From the NCBI GenBank assembly GCA_964654675.1, contig CAZZKP010000003.1, positions 1 through 36,075 of the forward strand: a stretch of 36,075 nucleotides of DNA, read 5' to 3'. Source of the stretch: an uncultured Bifidobacterium sp. Lineage in GTDB: Bacteria > Bacteroidota > Bacteroidia > NS11-12g > UBA955. Position numbers and translations under genes: made by a program. This document shows positions 8,333 to 16,211 of this stretch, piece after piece. How positions within the stretch are numbered: the stretch's first letter is position 1; every line of letters begins with the position of its first letter. The notes under the pieces are model-generated. The model was not told the origin of the DNA, ran no database searches, and worked only from the letters and a program-made list of their open reading frames with translations.

Positions 8333-8425
8333 GTGGGTTTAACAATTTTAATTCAATAGCGTTTTTTCAAGTTTGCAAATTTGCACCGACATATTTAACG
8401 AAAATCGCAAGAGGTCAATTGGGAG

Positions 8426-10843
8426 TTATAATTTTTCCAAAATAAAATGGGTCATCCTGCGGTATAAGTGGAAACTCGCAGCGCGATCACCAATTCCATG
8501 ATTGCGATTTGGATAAACCTCACTGTCGTACTTCGCCCCAGATTTTATCATTGCATTTATCATTTCTGCAGAGTTTTGCCAATGCACATTGTCGTCGCCA
8601 GTGCCATGTATCAACAAATAATTGCCTTTTATTCCATCCGTAAAATTCAATGGAGAATTGCTTTCGTATCCCAGCGGATTGTCGATGGGCCGACGCAGAT
8701 ATCGTTCTGTATAGATGTTGTCGTAAAACTTCCAGTGCGTTACGGGTGCCACGGCCACGGCAGCTTTAAAAACATCGCTGTGTTTTGTGATGGCGGAACT
8801 ACTCATATATCCCCCAAAACTCCAGCCCCAAATTCCGATTCGGCTGGCATCTACCGTGGGTGTCAGCGCCATTTGTTGTGCAGCAAAAGCATGGTCATTG
8901 CTTTCCAATTTGCCCAGTTGAAGGTAGGTGGATTTTTTAAATATCGCACCTTTTCTTCCCGTACCACGGTTGTCTACAACAGAAATCAAATAGCCTTGCG
9001 ATGCCAGGTATTGGTGGTAGAAGAAGTTGCGACTGCCAAACTGATTGCGAACCTGGTTGCTGCCCGGCCCGCCGTATACAAACATCAATACTGGATATTT
9101 TTTTCCTGGATTGTAATCGGGAGGGTAGATGGTATAGCTAATTTGTGACGATAACAATCGCTTGTGTACATTGTATTGCTGGCCTGTGGTGGCCGCATCC
9201 CAGCCATTCACCTTGGATAGGTGCCAAAATTCTGTTTCCCAGTACCCTTTTTCGGTCGTGTCTGTGGCGTACTCTCCAAACTTTACAAAACCCAAGTGTA
9301 AGCTAGCCATTTTCTCAGACCAAGGCCGATTGAGTTCCACATCTTTTGACCATTGTCCATCCATTCGTTTGATGCGATGCTCTACCACCGGCAAATGCGA
9401 TGCGTTGCTGCGCGATTCGGTATAATACAATGCCTTAGGTCCCAAGTTGATGCTGTAGTTGTATCCGGGCTCTGTCAAGCGTTTCTTGCCTTTTCCATTT
9501 AAGCCGATGCTATACACATGGTCTTCCAAGACAGATTGCTCGCTGCTGCTGTAAACTATACTTTTGGTGGCATCTACATAGCCCAAGAATCGAACGACGT
9601 CAAAATTGCCGACGGTAATGGCTTTTGAATAGCGTTGGGTTGCTGCGCAATTGGGTGAAACTTTGCCTTTTTCGATGCACTCACTGTAATCATGCAAATA
9701 CAAATGATTGAATCCCGATTTCTCGCTGCTATAAATGAATTTCGTGGTATTGGGGATGAAGGTCAAATTGTCTGTAATTTCCACATAAGCGGAATCAATT
9801 TCTTCTAGGATCAAATTGCAGTCCCCGTTCAGAGGGTCACAGAACAAAAGTTCCCAGTGATTTTGCCAACGGTTCAGTCTTTGGATACTTAAGAATTTCT
9901 CTGTTTGTGTCCATTGGATCCTGGGCAGGTATTGGTCGCGCTCACTGTTTGTCTTGGCGATGCGCGTTTGGTTGTCGTTGAGGCTGTATAAATGGACTTC
10001 TACTTTGGCATTGTCTTCCCCAGCTTTTGGATACTTCCAATGGGTTTGTGTTGGGTAAAGTTCCTTGCTGTTGAACATATCCATCGAGAATTCTTTTACC
10101 TTGCTCTCGTCGAAATGGTAAAATGCGAGGAAGTTCCCATTGGGCGACCAGCGCATGCCATTGTCCATCGTAAATTCCTCTTCGTAAACCCAGTCCACTG
10201 CACCGTTTATGATTTTATTTTCCTCGCCGTCCGTGGTAATTTGCGTCTCTTTGGCTGCGATTAGGTCGTAGATGAAAACGTTGTTGTTTTTTACATAGGC
10301 GATGCGTTTGTTGTCTGGCGACAGGGTTGGATAGCGCATACGTTCGGGTATGTAGGTGATTTTATGATTTTGTAAATCAACAACATAGCACTTAGCTGTG
10401 AAGGAATGTCGGTACACCTGTTGCGTTTCATACTGAACCACCATGAATTTCTCATCATTGGTAATTTCATATCGTCCTTGGGGAGGGATTTGATCAAACC
10501 AGCGGGCGTTAAAAAGAACGATAGGGGTATTGGTCTTTCCTTCGATATCCTTTTTTATCAACGACCAAGCCACGGGGGAATTTGATGTTTTCTTATCCGA
10601 GGGCTGCGGTTCTTCTATGCGCAATTCGATGAAGTGTTTTCCATCGGGTGCGAATTCGCCATAATTGGCTGGTTTGGGATACATTGACGGGTCTTTGAAG
10701 ATACTCTCCAAGGTGAGTGCACTCGATTTGGTGATCGCCAAGGGTCCCGGATTTTGGGTCTTTGTATCGGTTTGAGCGGCGGTTGGCTGTGTAAAGAGGA
10801 CGCTAAAACCCAGTAGGTTGGCCCACAATATTCCTTGTTTCAT
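8426..10843 (-). CDS. Dipeptidyl-peptidase IV family serine peptidase (S9B), secreted
   Basis: Signal peptide MKQGILWANLLGFSVLFTQPTAAQ. DPPIV N-terminal propeller region. Catalytic Ser in GIWGWSFGGYMS, Asp in LIHGTGDDNVH, His in PNRNHGI. I start at the ATG ending at 10843. The track's 34-codon extension runs into the kup 3' end. Confidence 0.9.
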   Translation of the reverse strand: MKQGILWANLLGFSVLFTQPTAAQTDTKTQNPGPLAITKSSALTLESIFKDPSMYPKPANYGEFAPDGKHFIELRIEEPQPSDKKTSNSPVAWSLIKKDIEGKTNTPIVLFNARWFDQIPPQGRYEITNDEKFMVVQYETQQVYRHSFTAKCYVVDLQNHKITYIPERMRYPTLSPDNKRIAYVKNNNVFIYDLIAAKETQITTDGEENKIINGAVDWVYEEEFTMDNGMRWSPNGNFLAFYHFDESKVKEFSMDMFNSKELYPTQTHWKYPKAGEDNAKVEVHLYSLNDNQTRIAKTNSERDQYLPRIQWTQTEKFLSIQRLNRWQNHWELLFCDPLNGDCNLILEEIDSAYVEITDNLTFIPNTTKFIYSSEKSGFNHLYLHDYSECIEKGKVSPNCAATQRYSKAITVGNFDVVRFLGYVDATKSIVYSSSEQSVLEDHVYSIGLNGKGKKRLTEPGYNYSINLGPKALYYTESRSNASHLPVVEHRIKRMDGQWSKDVELNRPWSEKMASLHLGFVKFGEYATDTTEKGYWETEFWHLSKVNGWDAATTGQQYNVHKRLLSSQISYTIYPPDYNPGKKYPVLMFVYGGPGSNQVRNQFGSRNFFYHQYLASQGYLISVVDNRGTGRKGAIFKKSTYLQLGKLESNDHAFAAQQMALTPTVDASRIGIWGWSFGGYMSSSAITKHSDVFKAAVAVAPVTHWKFYDNIYTERYLRRPIDNPLGYESNSPLNFTDGIKGNYLLIHGTGDDNVHWQNSAEMINAMIKSGAKYDSEVYPNRNHGIGDRAASFHLYRRMTHFILEKL

Positions 10844-10854
10844 GGTGCTGAGAG

Positions 10855-12813
10855 TTAGATTCGTTTGAGTTTTACTGTTGTGCGAGGTTTGATAATCACA
10901 GGGACCATTTCGTGGGTAACAACAGAGCCATCGAGGCCGAACCATTTTTCTGGTTTTCCCGCAAATACCTTCATGCTGTCGTAGGCTTGCATGACCAAAT
11001 CATCCACAATCGACAATTCGTTTTCTTGGCTCATTTCTTCATCAACCAACACAAAACGGAAATCTCCAAGGTGATTTTTGTCGATAAAGGCATGATAGTA
11101 AGGATCTAAGTCAATTTCTTCCTTATTCACCATTTCCTGAATTACCATTCTCAAATAAACGCTGATTTTTTGTTGAACGCGGAATCCCAATCTGAATCGA
11201 ACCCGGATGATGTCGTTCTTCTCAATGACATTTACTTTGTATTCCATGGTATAAGGTTCGTCGGTGAGTTCAATGTTCACAAACCAATAGAAATCCGCAC
11301 GTTTGGGTCGCTTATAAAGGATAGAATAAATCAGGGGCGATTCTACCTCGTCGTCCCGCTGTGCTTTGCTCAAATACACCAGGTGCGTCGCGAATTTCGG
11401 CAGGGTTGTGTCTTGGCTCAGTGCACGCAATTTATCGCGATAACTGGTAAGTTTTTCTGTAACGACCATCGATTGTTTGATGTGTCCGCCGCGGAAACTG
11501 ATGTACATAATTAGCACTATGCCACTTCCGATCAATAGGGTAACAAAGCCCCCATCGGCAAATTTGTGAAGGTTTGCGATGAGGAATGCTGTTTCTACAG
11601 TGACAAAGATTGCCATGATCATCAACACGAAAACCATGGGCCATCGTTGTTTTTTGAGGTAGTAATACAAAAGGATGGAGGTCATCAACATGGTAACCGT
11701 TATCGCCAATCCGTAGGCGGCTTCCATTCCTGCAGATTCCTTAAAAATCAAAACAATCATGATGCAACCAATGAGCAGTGCGTTGTTCACCACGGGAATA
11801 TAGATTTGACCTTTTACATTGGTTGGGAATTTGACGGTAAATTTGGGAAAGAAATGCAATCGAATGGCTTCAGATACCAGTGTGAACGAACCAGAAATAA
11901 GGGCTTGCGATGCGATGATGGCTGCAACCGTGGCAATGGCGATGCCTGCAGGTAGGAACCAATCAGGCATCATTCCGTAAAATGGCTTTTGGCCGTTTAA
12001 TGTTGTTCCTGTTCTGGCGATCAACCAAGCCCCTTGACCGAAATAATTGAGAAGCAAAGTGATTTTTACGAAAATCCAAGAGACACGAATGTTCTTTTTG
12101 CCGCAATGTCCCAAGTCGGAGTACAAAGCTTCCGCCCCTGTTGTACACAAGAAGACGGCACCAAGCAATACGAAGGCATTGGGGCTTGACTTGAGGAAAT
12201 GAATCACATAAATGGGGTTAAAGGCAACCAACACTTCAGGGTGTTTTACAATTTCACCAAAGCCCAAGACGCCGAGCATTGAAAACCAAACCAACATGAT
12301 TGGTCCAAAGAACTTGCCCACGGCATTGGTTCCAACGCGTTGAAATAGGAAGATAATGCAAATGATAATGATGATGATGGGTACGGTTTCGATATGGCTT
12401 AAATCATATTTGTACCCATTGGCTGGGTTGATGTATTTCAGGCCTTCCACGGCAGAGGCGACGGAAATGGGGGGGGTAATTATTCCATCAGCCAACAGCA
12501 TAGCGCCACCCACCATCGTTCCCACAACGAGGTAGGGGAATCGCCTTCTGAGTAAACTGAACAGGGAGAAAATTCCACCTTCTCCTTTGTTGTCTGCTTG
12601 GAGCGTTAAAATTACGTACTTGATTGTTGTTTGGAGTGTCAGTGTCCAAAACACAGCACTTAGACCTCCCAAAATCAAAGTGTTGTTGATGGGTTTTTCG
12701 CCCATAATGGCACTCATAACGTAAAGTGGGGAAGTTCCAATATCGCCAAAAATAATACCGAGGGTAATCAAAAGGCCAGCACCGGTGACCTTGTTAATGG
12801 ATGAGTGACTCAT
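10855..12813 (-). CDS. kup: KUP/HAK/KT family potassium transporter
   Basis: LGIIFGDIGTSPLYV near the N-terminus, about 12 TM segments, a C-terminal cytoplasmic domain, 652 aa. Confidence 0.93.
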   Translation of the reverse strand: MSHSSINKVTGAGLLITLGIIFGDIGTSPLYVMSAIMGEKPINNTLILGGLSAVFWTLTLQTTIKYVILTLQADNKGEGGIFSLFSLLRRRFPYLVVGTMVGGAMLLADGIITPPISVASAVEGLKYINPANGYKYDLSHIETVPIIIIIICIIFLFQRVGTNAVGKFFGPIMLVWFSMLGVLGFGEIVKHPEVLVAFNPIYVIHFLKSSPNAFVLLGAVFLCTTGAEALYSDLGHCGKKNIRVSWIFVKITLLLNYFGQGAWLIARTGTTLNGQKPFYGMMPDWFLPAGIAIATVAAIIASQALISGSFTLVSEAIRLHFFPKFTVKFPTNVKGQIYIPVVNNALLIGCIMIVLIFKESAGMEAAYGLAITVTMLMTSILLYYYLKKQRWPMVFVLMIMAIFVTVETAFLIANLHKFADGGFVTLLIGSGIVLIMYISFRGGHIKQSMVVTEKLTSYRDKLRALSQDTTLPKFATHLVYLSKAQRDDEVESPLIYSILYKRPKRADFYWFVNIELTDEPYTMEYKVNVIEKNDIIRVRFRLGFRVQQKISVYLRMVIQEMVNKEEIDLDPYYHAFIDKNHLGDFRFVLVDEEMSQENELSIVDDLVMQAYDSMKVFAGKPEKWFGLDGSVVTHEMVPVIIKPRTTVKLKRI

Positions 12814-13022
12814 TGTTTTAGTGGGGCGAATTTAAGGTGTAAATGTACGCCGATGTAGAAATTCTGTAAGGATGTGTTTTTTTTGTTCATAACTATGAAT
12901 TGTACCAAAATTCTGTGGATTTGGATGTGGGCAACTGGGTGATATTAACATGATATAAATGTAGAAATGACAATGATTATTTAAGAACTTTGCACCATCC
13001 TTTTGAAAACAAACCAACGATA

Positions 13023-15191
13023 ATGGCGAAAAAATCCTCCAGTTCAGTTACAACCGAGTATTCGGTGAATCACAATGGTATCAGCACGTATTATGCAGAC
13101 CTCGTTTTTGGTCCAACCACCCAATCCAAGTACTTGTCGGACTCTGTTTGCCTGGCAATCAAAGAAGCGGCAAGTCATGGAAAGCCCATCAGTAGAGAAA
13201 CTGCCGATGAGGTAGCAGCGGGAATGCAGGCATGGGCCTTGGATTTGGGTGCAACACACTACACACACTGGTTTCAGCCATTGAGAGGAACGACTGCAGA
13301 AAAGCACGACAGTTTCTTTGAGCCCACCGGGGTAGATACCGGAATGGAAAAATTTGGGGGCAAGGCATTGGCTCAACAAGAGCCTGATGCGAGTTCTTTT
13401 CCCAGTGGAGGTATCAGAAATACCTTTGAAGCACGCGGATACACTGCTTGGGATCCGAGTTCTCCCGCTTTCATTATGCCAAAAGCCGGTGCGAAGACCT
13501 TGTGTATACCTACGGTATTTGTAAGTTATACGGGGGAGGCATTGGATTACAAAGCGCCTTTGCTCAAGTCTGTTGCTTTTTTGAAATCGGCGGCTACTGA
13601 TGTTTGTCATTATTTTGATAAGAATGTCAAAACCTGCTCCATCTCTTTGGGTATTGAACAGGAGTATTTTTTGGTGGATGAGCAACAATTTAAGAGTCGT
13701 CCCGACCTCATGTTCGCGGGTCGTACCTTGATTGGAAACAGTCCTGCCAAAGGGCAGCAATTGGAGGACCACTATTTTGGTAGCATTCCCAATCGCGTGT
13801 TGGCATTCATGGCAGATTTTGAAGAGCGTGCTCATCTGTTGGGGATTCCCTTGAGAACCCGTCACAATGAAGTTGCGCCGGCCCAATTTGAATGTGCTCC
13901 ACAATATGAGGACATGAATTTGGCGGTGGATCATAACTCGTTGTTGATGGACTTGATGGAGAGTGTTGCTTCGGACCATCAATTGCGCGTGTTACTCCAT
14001 GAAAAACCTTACAAAGGAATCAATGGTAGCGGAAAGCACAACAACTGGAGCATCATTACCGATACGGGAGTGAATTTATTGGCGCCAGGAAACAGCCCAG
14101 AAAGCAATTTGCAATTTTTAACCTTCTTTGTCAATACGATCAAGGCGGTTCACGACCACCGCGATTTGTTGCGTGCAAGTATCGCAACGGCGGCCAATGA
14201 TCACCGTTTGGGTGCCAATGAAGCGCCACCAGCAATTATGAGTGTGTTTGTTGGACATACATTAGAAAATGTTTTGAATGATTTTGAGGCCAATGCAAAA
14301 ACGGCAACAAAAGCGGGGGTTTCGGCGACAATTAATGTGCCGAACATTCCTGAAATTCTGTTCGACAATACAGATCGAAATCGTACATCGCCATTCGCCT
14401 TCACAGGAAACAAGTTTGAGTTCCGTGCGGTGGGTAGTTCTGACAATTGCTCAAGTTCAATGGTCGTTCTAAATACCATCATGGCCAATCAGTTGAAGCA
14501 GTTTAAGGGGGAGGTTGATGCGGTTTTGAAATCAAAAAAAGGCATGAAAGTGGAAGATGCGATCAAAGGCATTTTGCGCGGATACATCGCCGACAGTCGT
14601 AAGATTCTGTTTGGAGGCAATGGATACGGAGAAGAGTGGAAGAAGGAAGCCAAGAAGCGTGGATTGAGTAACATCACGACGACTCCCGAGGCTTTGAAGG
14701 CATATCTCACGCCAGCTTCTACCTCATTGTTTGTGGACAATGGCATTTTCTCTCACAGGGAATTGGAGGCGCGCACAGAAATTCGTTACGAGACGTACGT
14801 ATTGCGCCTGCAGATTGAAGGTCGTGTAATGAATGAATTGGTGAGTAGTTACGTGATCCCTGCTGCGGTGAATTATCAAAAAAGATTGGCAGACAATATC
14901 AATGCTTTACAATCGGTGGGGTTGAAAAAGGATAGTTATAAAGCGCAGACTGAGATTGTTGAGTTCTTGGCAAAACAAATCAATCGCGTATATGAATTGA
15001 ATGAAAAGATGACAGCGGAGCGTGCGAAGGCGAATAATTTGGAACATGCCGATCAGAAGGCTTTGGCGTATTGCAATAAGGTAAAGCCCATGTTTGATGA
15101 AATTCGTGAGTGTTGTGATGAAATCGAAAGGGTTTGCGACGATGCGGAATGGACATTGCCAAAGTATCGTGAATTGCTGTCTTTGAGTTAA
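13023..15191 (+). CDS. glnN: Glutamine synthetase type III
   Basis: 722 aa from the ATG at 13023; the track start at 12990 is a TTG. Typical GS-III features: the long N-terminal domain (YFGPTT...HYTHWFQPL), GIEQEYFLVD, NEVAPAQFECAP and NGSGKHNNWS. The size is characteristic of Bacteroidota GS-III. Confidence 0.9.
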   Translation: MAKKSSSSVTTEYSVNHNGISTYYADLVFGPTTQSKYLSDSVCLAIKEAASHGKPISRETADEVAAGMQAWALDLGATHYTHWFQPLRGTTAEKHDSFFEPTGVDTGMEKFGGKALAQQEPDASSFPSGGIRNTFEARGYTAWDPSSPAFIMPKAGAKTLCIPTVFVSYTGEALDYKAPLLKSVAFLKSAATDVCHYFDKNVKTCSISLGIEQEYFLVDEQQFKSRPDLMFAGRTLIGNSPAKGQQLEDHYFGSIPNRVLAFMADFEERAHLLGIPLRTRHNEVAPAQFECAPQYEDMNLAVDHNSLLMDLMESVASDHQLRVLLHEKPYKGINGSGKHNNWSIITDTGVNLLAPGNSPESNLQFLTFFVNTIKAVHDHRDLLRASIATAANDHRLGANEAPPAIMSVFVGHTLENVLNDFEANAKTATKAGVSATINVPNIPEILFDNTDRNRTSPFAFTGNKFEFRAVGSSDNCSSSMVVLNTIMANQLKQFKGEVDAVLKSKKGMKVEDAIKGILRGYIADSRKILFGGNGYGEEWKKEAKKRGLSNITTTPEALKAYLTPASTSLFVDNGIFSHRELEARTEIRYETYVLRLQIEGRVMNELVSSYVIPAAVNYQKRLADNINALQSVGLKKDSYKAQTEIVEFLAKQINRVYELNEKMTAERAKANNLEHADQKALAYCNKVKPMFDEIRECCDEIERVCDDAEWTLPKYRELLSLS

Positions 15192-15225
15192 TCGGCAAGA
15201 GAATATAATGTGTGAACAAAATCAT

Positions 15226-15255
15226 AAAAACTCCCGCGAGGGAGTTTTTATTTTT
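15226..15255 (+). terminator. Intrinsic terminator after the GS-III gene
   Basis: aaaaactccc-gcga-gggagttttt: a 5-bp GC stem extendable by A:T pairs, a GCGA tetraloop, then a T-rich tail. 35 nt after the stop codon. Confidence 0.65.
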
Positions 15256-15256
15256 G
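15249..15256 (+). promoter_or_regulatory. Bacteroidota-type -7 promoter box upstream of trxB
   Basis: TATTTTTG, 10 nt before the ATG at 15267. Embedded in the T-tail of the preceding terminator. Confidence 0.45.
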
Positions 15257-15266
15257 CTAGATAGTT

Positions 15267-16211
15267 ATGGAAAAAGTTGAGTGTTTAATCATTGGTAGTG
15301 GTCCTGCGGGATATACTGCAGCAATTTATGCGGCACGTGCCGATATGAAGCCTGTAATGTATGAAGGTTTGCAGCCTGGCGGGCAGTTAACAATTACTAC
15401 AGAGGTAGAGAATTATCCGGGATTTCCTCATGGTGTGCAAGGCCCTGAGATGATGGCGATGTTCAAAGAACAGGCAGTGCGATTGGGGACGGATGTTCGA
15501 TTTGGAATGGTAACGTCGGTTGAATTTAAGCAAGGCGGTCCCCAAAAAGTCATCGTAGACGGAACCCATGAAATTGAAGCCCAAGCTGTAATTATCTCAA
15601 CGGGTGCCAGTGCAAAATGGTTGGGTATCCCCTCAGAGCAAAGATTGAACGGCTCGGGTGTGAGTGCATGTGCGGTTTGCGATGGTTTCTTTTATCGAGG
15701 TCAGGATGTGGCCATCGTAGGTGCCGGAGATACGGCCTGCGAAGAAGCGTCTTATCTTTCCAAGATCTGCAATAAAGTCTATATGCTTGTCAGAAAAGAG
15801 GAATTTAGGGCCTCCAAAGCGATGCAGCATCGCGTAATGACTACACCGAATATCGAAGTGCTGTTCAACACCGAAACCGATGAGATTTTGGGTGATTTCG
15901 GAGTAGAAGCCGTGCGTGTTAAAAACAATAAAACGGGCGAAACCAGGGAATTTCCGATCAAAGGATTCTTTGTTGCCATCGGACATACGCCCAATACGGA
16001 AATTTTCAAGCCTTACATCAACATGGATGAGCAGGGTTATATTATCACAACACCAGGAACCTCTTACACCAACGTTGAGGGAGTATTCTGTGCCGGTGAT
16101 GCCCAAGACAAAATCTATCGTCAGGCTGTTACTGCAGCAGGAAGTGGATGTATGGCAGCGTTGGATGCAGAGCGTTGGTTAGGCGCCAAACATGCTGCAC
16201 CGCAATCCTAA
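15267..16211 (+). CDS. trxB: Thioredoxin-disulfide reductase
   Basis: IIGSGPAGYTAAIYAARA FAD motif, redox-active CAVCDG, VGAGDTACEEA NADPH motif, and GVFCAGD. 314 aa. Confidence 0.93.
   Translation: MEKVECLIIGSGPAGYTAAIYAARADMKPVMYEGLQPGGQLTITTEVENYPGFPHGVQGPEMMAMFKEQAVRLGTDVRFGMVTSVEFKQGGPQKVIVDGTHEIEAQAVIISTGASAKWLGIPSEQRLNGSGVSACAVCDGFFYRGQDVAIVGAGDTACEEASYLSKICNKVYMLVRKEEFRASKAMQHRVMTTPNIEVLFNTETDEILGDFGVEAVRVKNNKTGETREFPIKGFFVAIGHTPNTEIFKPYINMDEQGYIITTPGTSYTNVEGVFCAGDAQDKIYRQAVTAAGSGCMAALDAERWLGAKHAAPQS

Noticed and set aside
8468-9148. 226-aa ORF antisense to the DPP-IV catalytic domain
   Set aside because: It is a shadow ORF. The opposite frame contains the GWSFGG nucleophile elbow and the rest of the catalytic triad.
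10844-10945. 34-codon N-terminal extension of the DPP-IV ORF overlapping the kup 3' end
   Set aside because: The internal Met at 10843 is followed by a typical signal peptide. The extension has no signal-peptide or TM character and would overlap kup by about 90 nt.
12844-12859. NtcA-like site TGTA-N8-TAGA upstream of the GS-III gene
   Set aside because: It has a mismatch in the critical TAC half-site. NtcA is a cyanobacterial regulator not expected in Bacteroidota. This is probably an AT-rich coincidence.
12832-13017. 61-aa ORF in the kup/GS-III intergenic region
   Set aside because: It lies in an AT-rich divergent promoter region, has no motif, and would overlap the likely promoters of both flanking genes.
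12814-13022. Possible c-di-AMP (ydaO-type) riboswitch upstream of kup
   Set aside because: I could not recognise the conserved pseudo-symmetric helices or G-rich/C-rich cores. The region is AT-rich and more consistent with promoters.
13044-13982. 312-aa ORF antisense to the GS-III gene
   Set aside because: It lies entirely within a gene with unmistakable GS-III motifs. Its translation is low-complexity and Arg/Gln/His-rich with no recognisable domain. Long antisense ORFs of this kind can arise by chance opposite a highly constrained coding frame.
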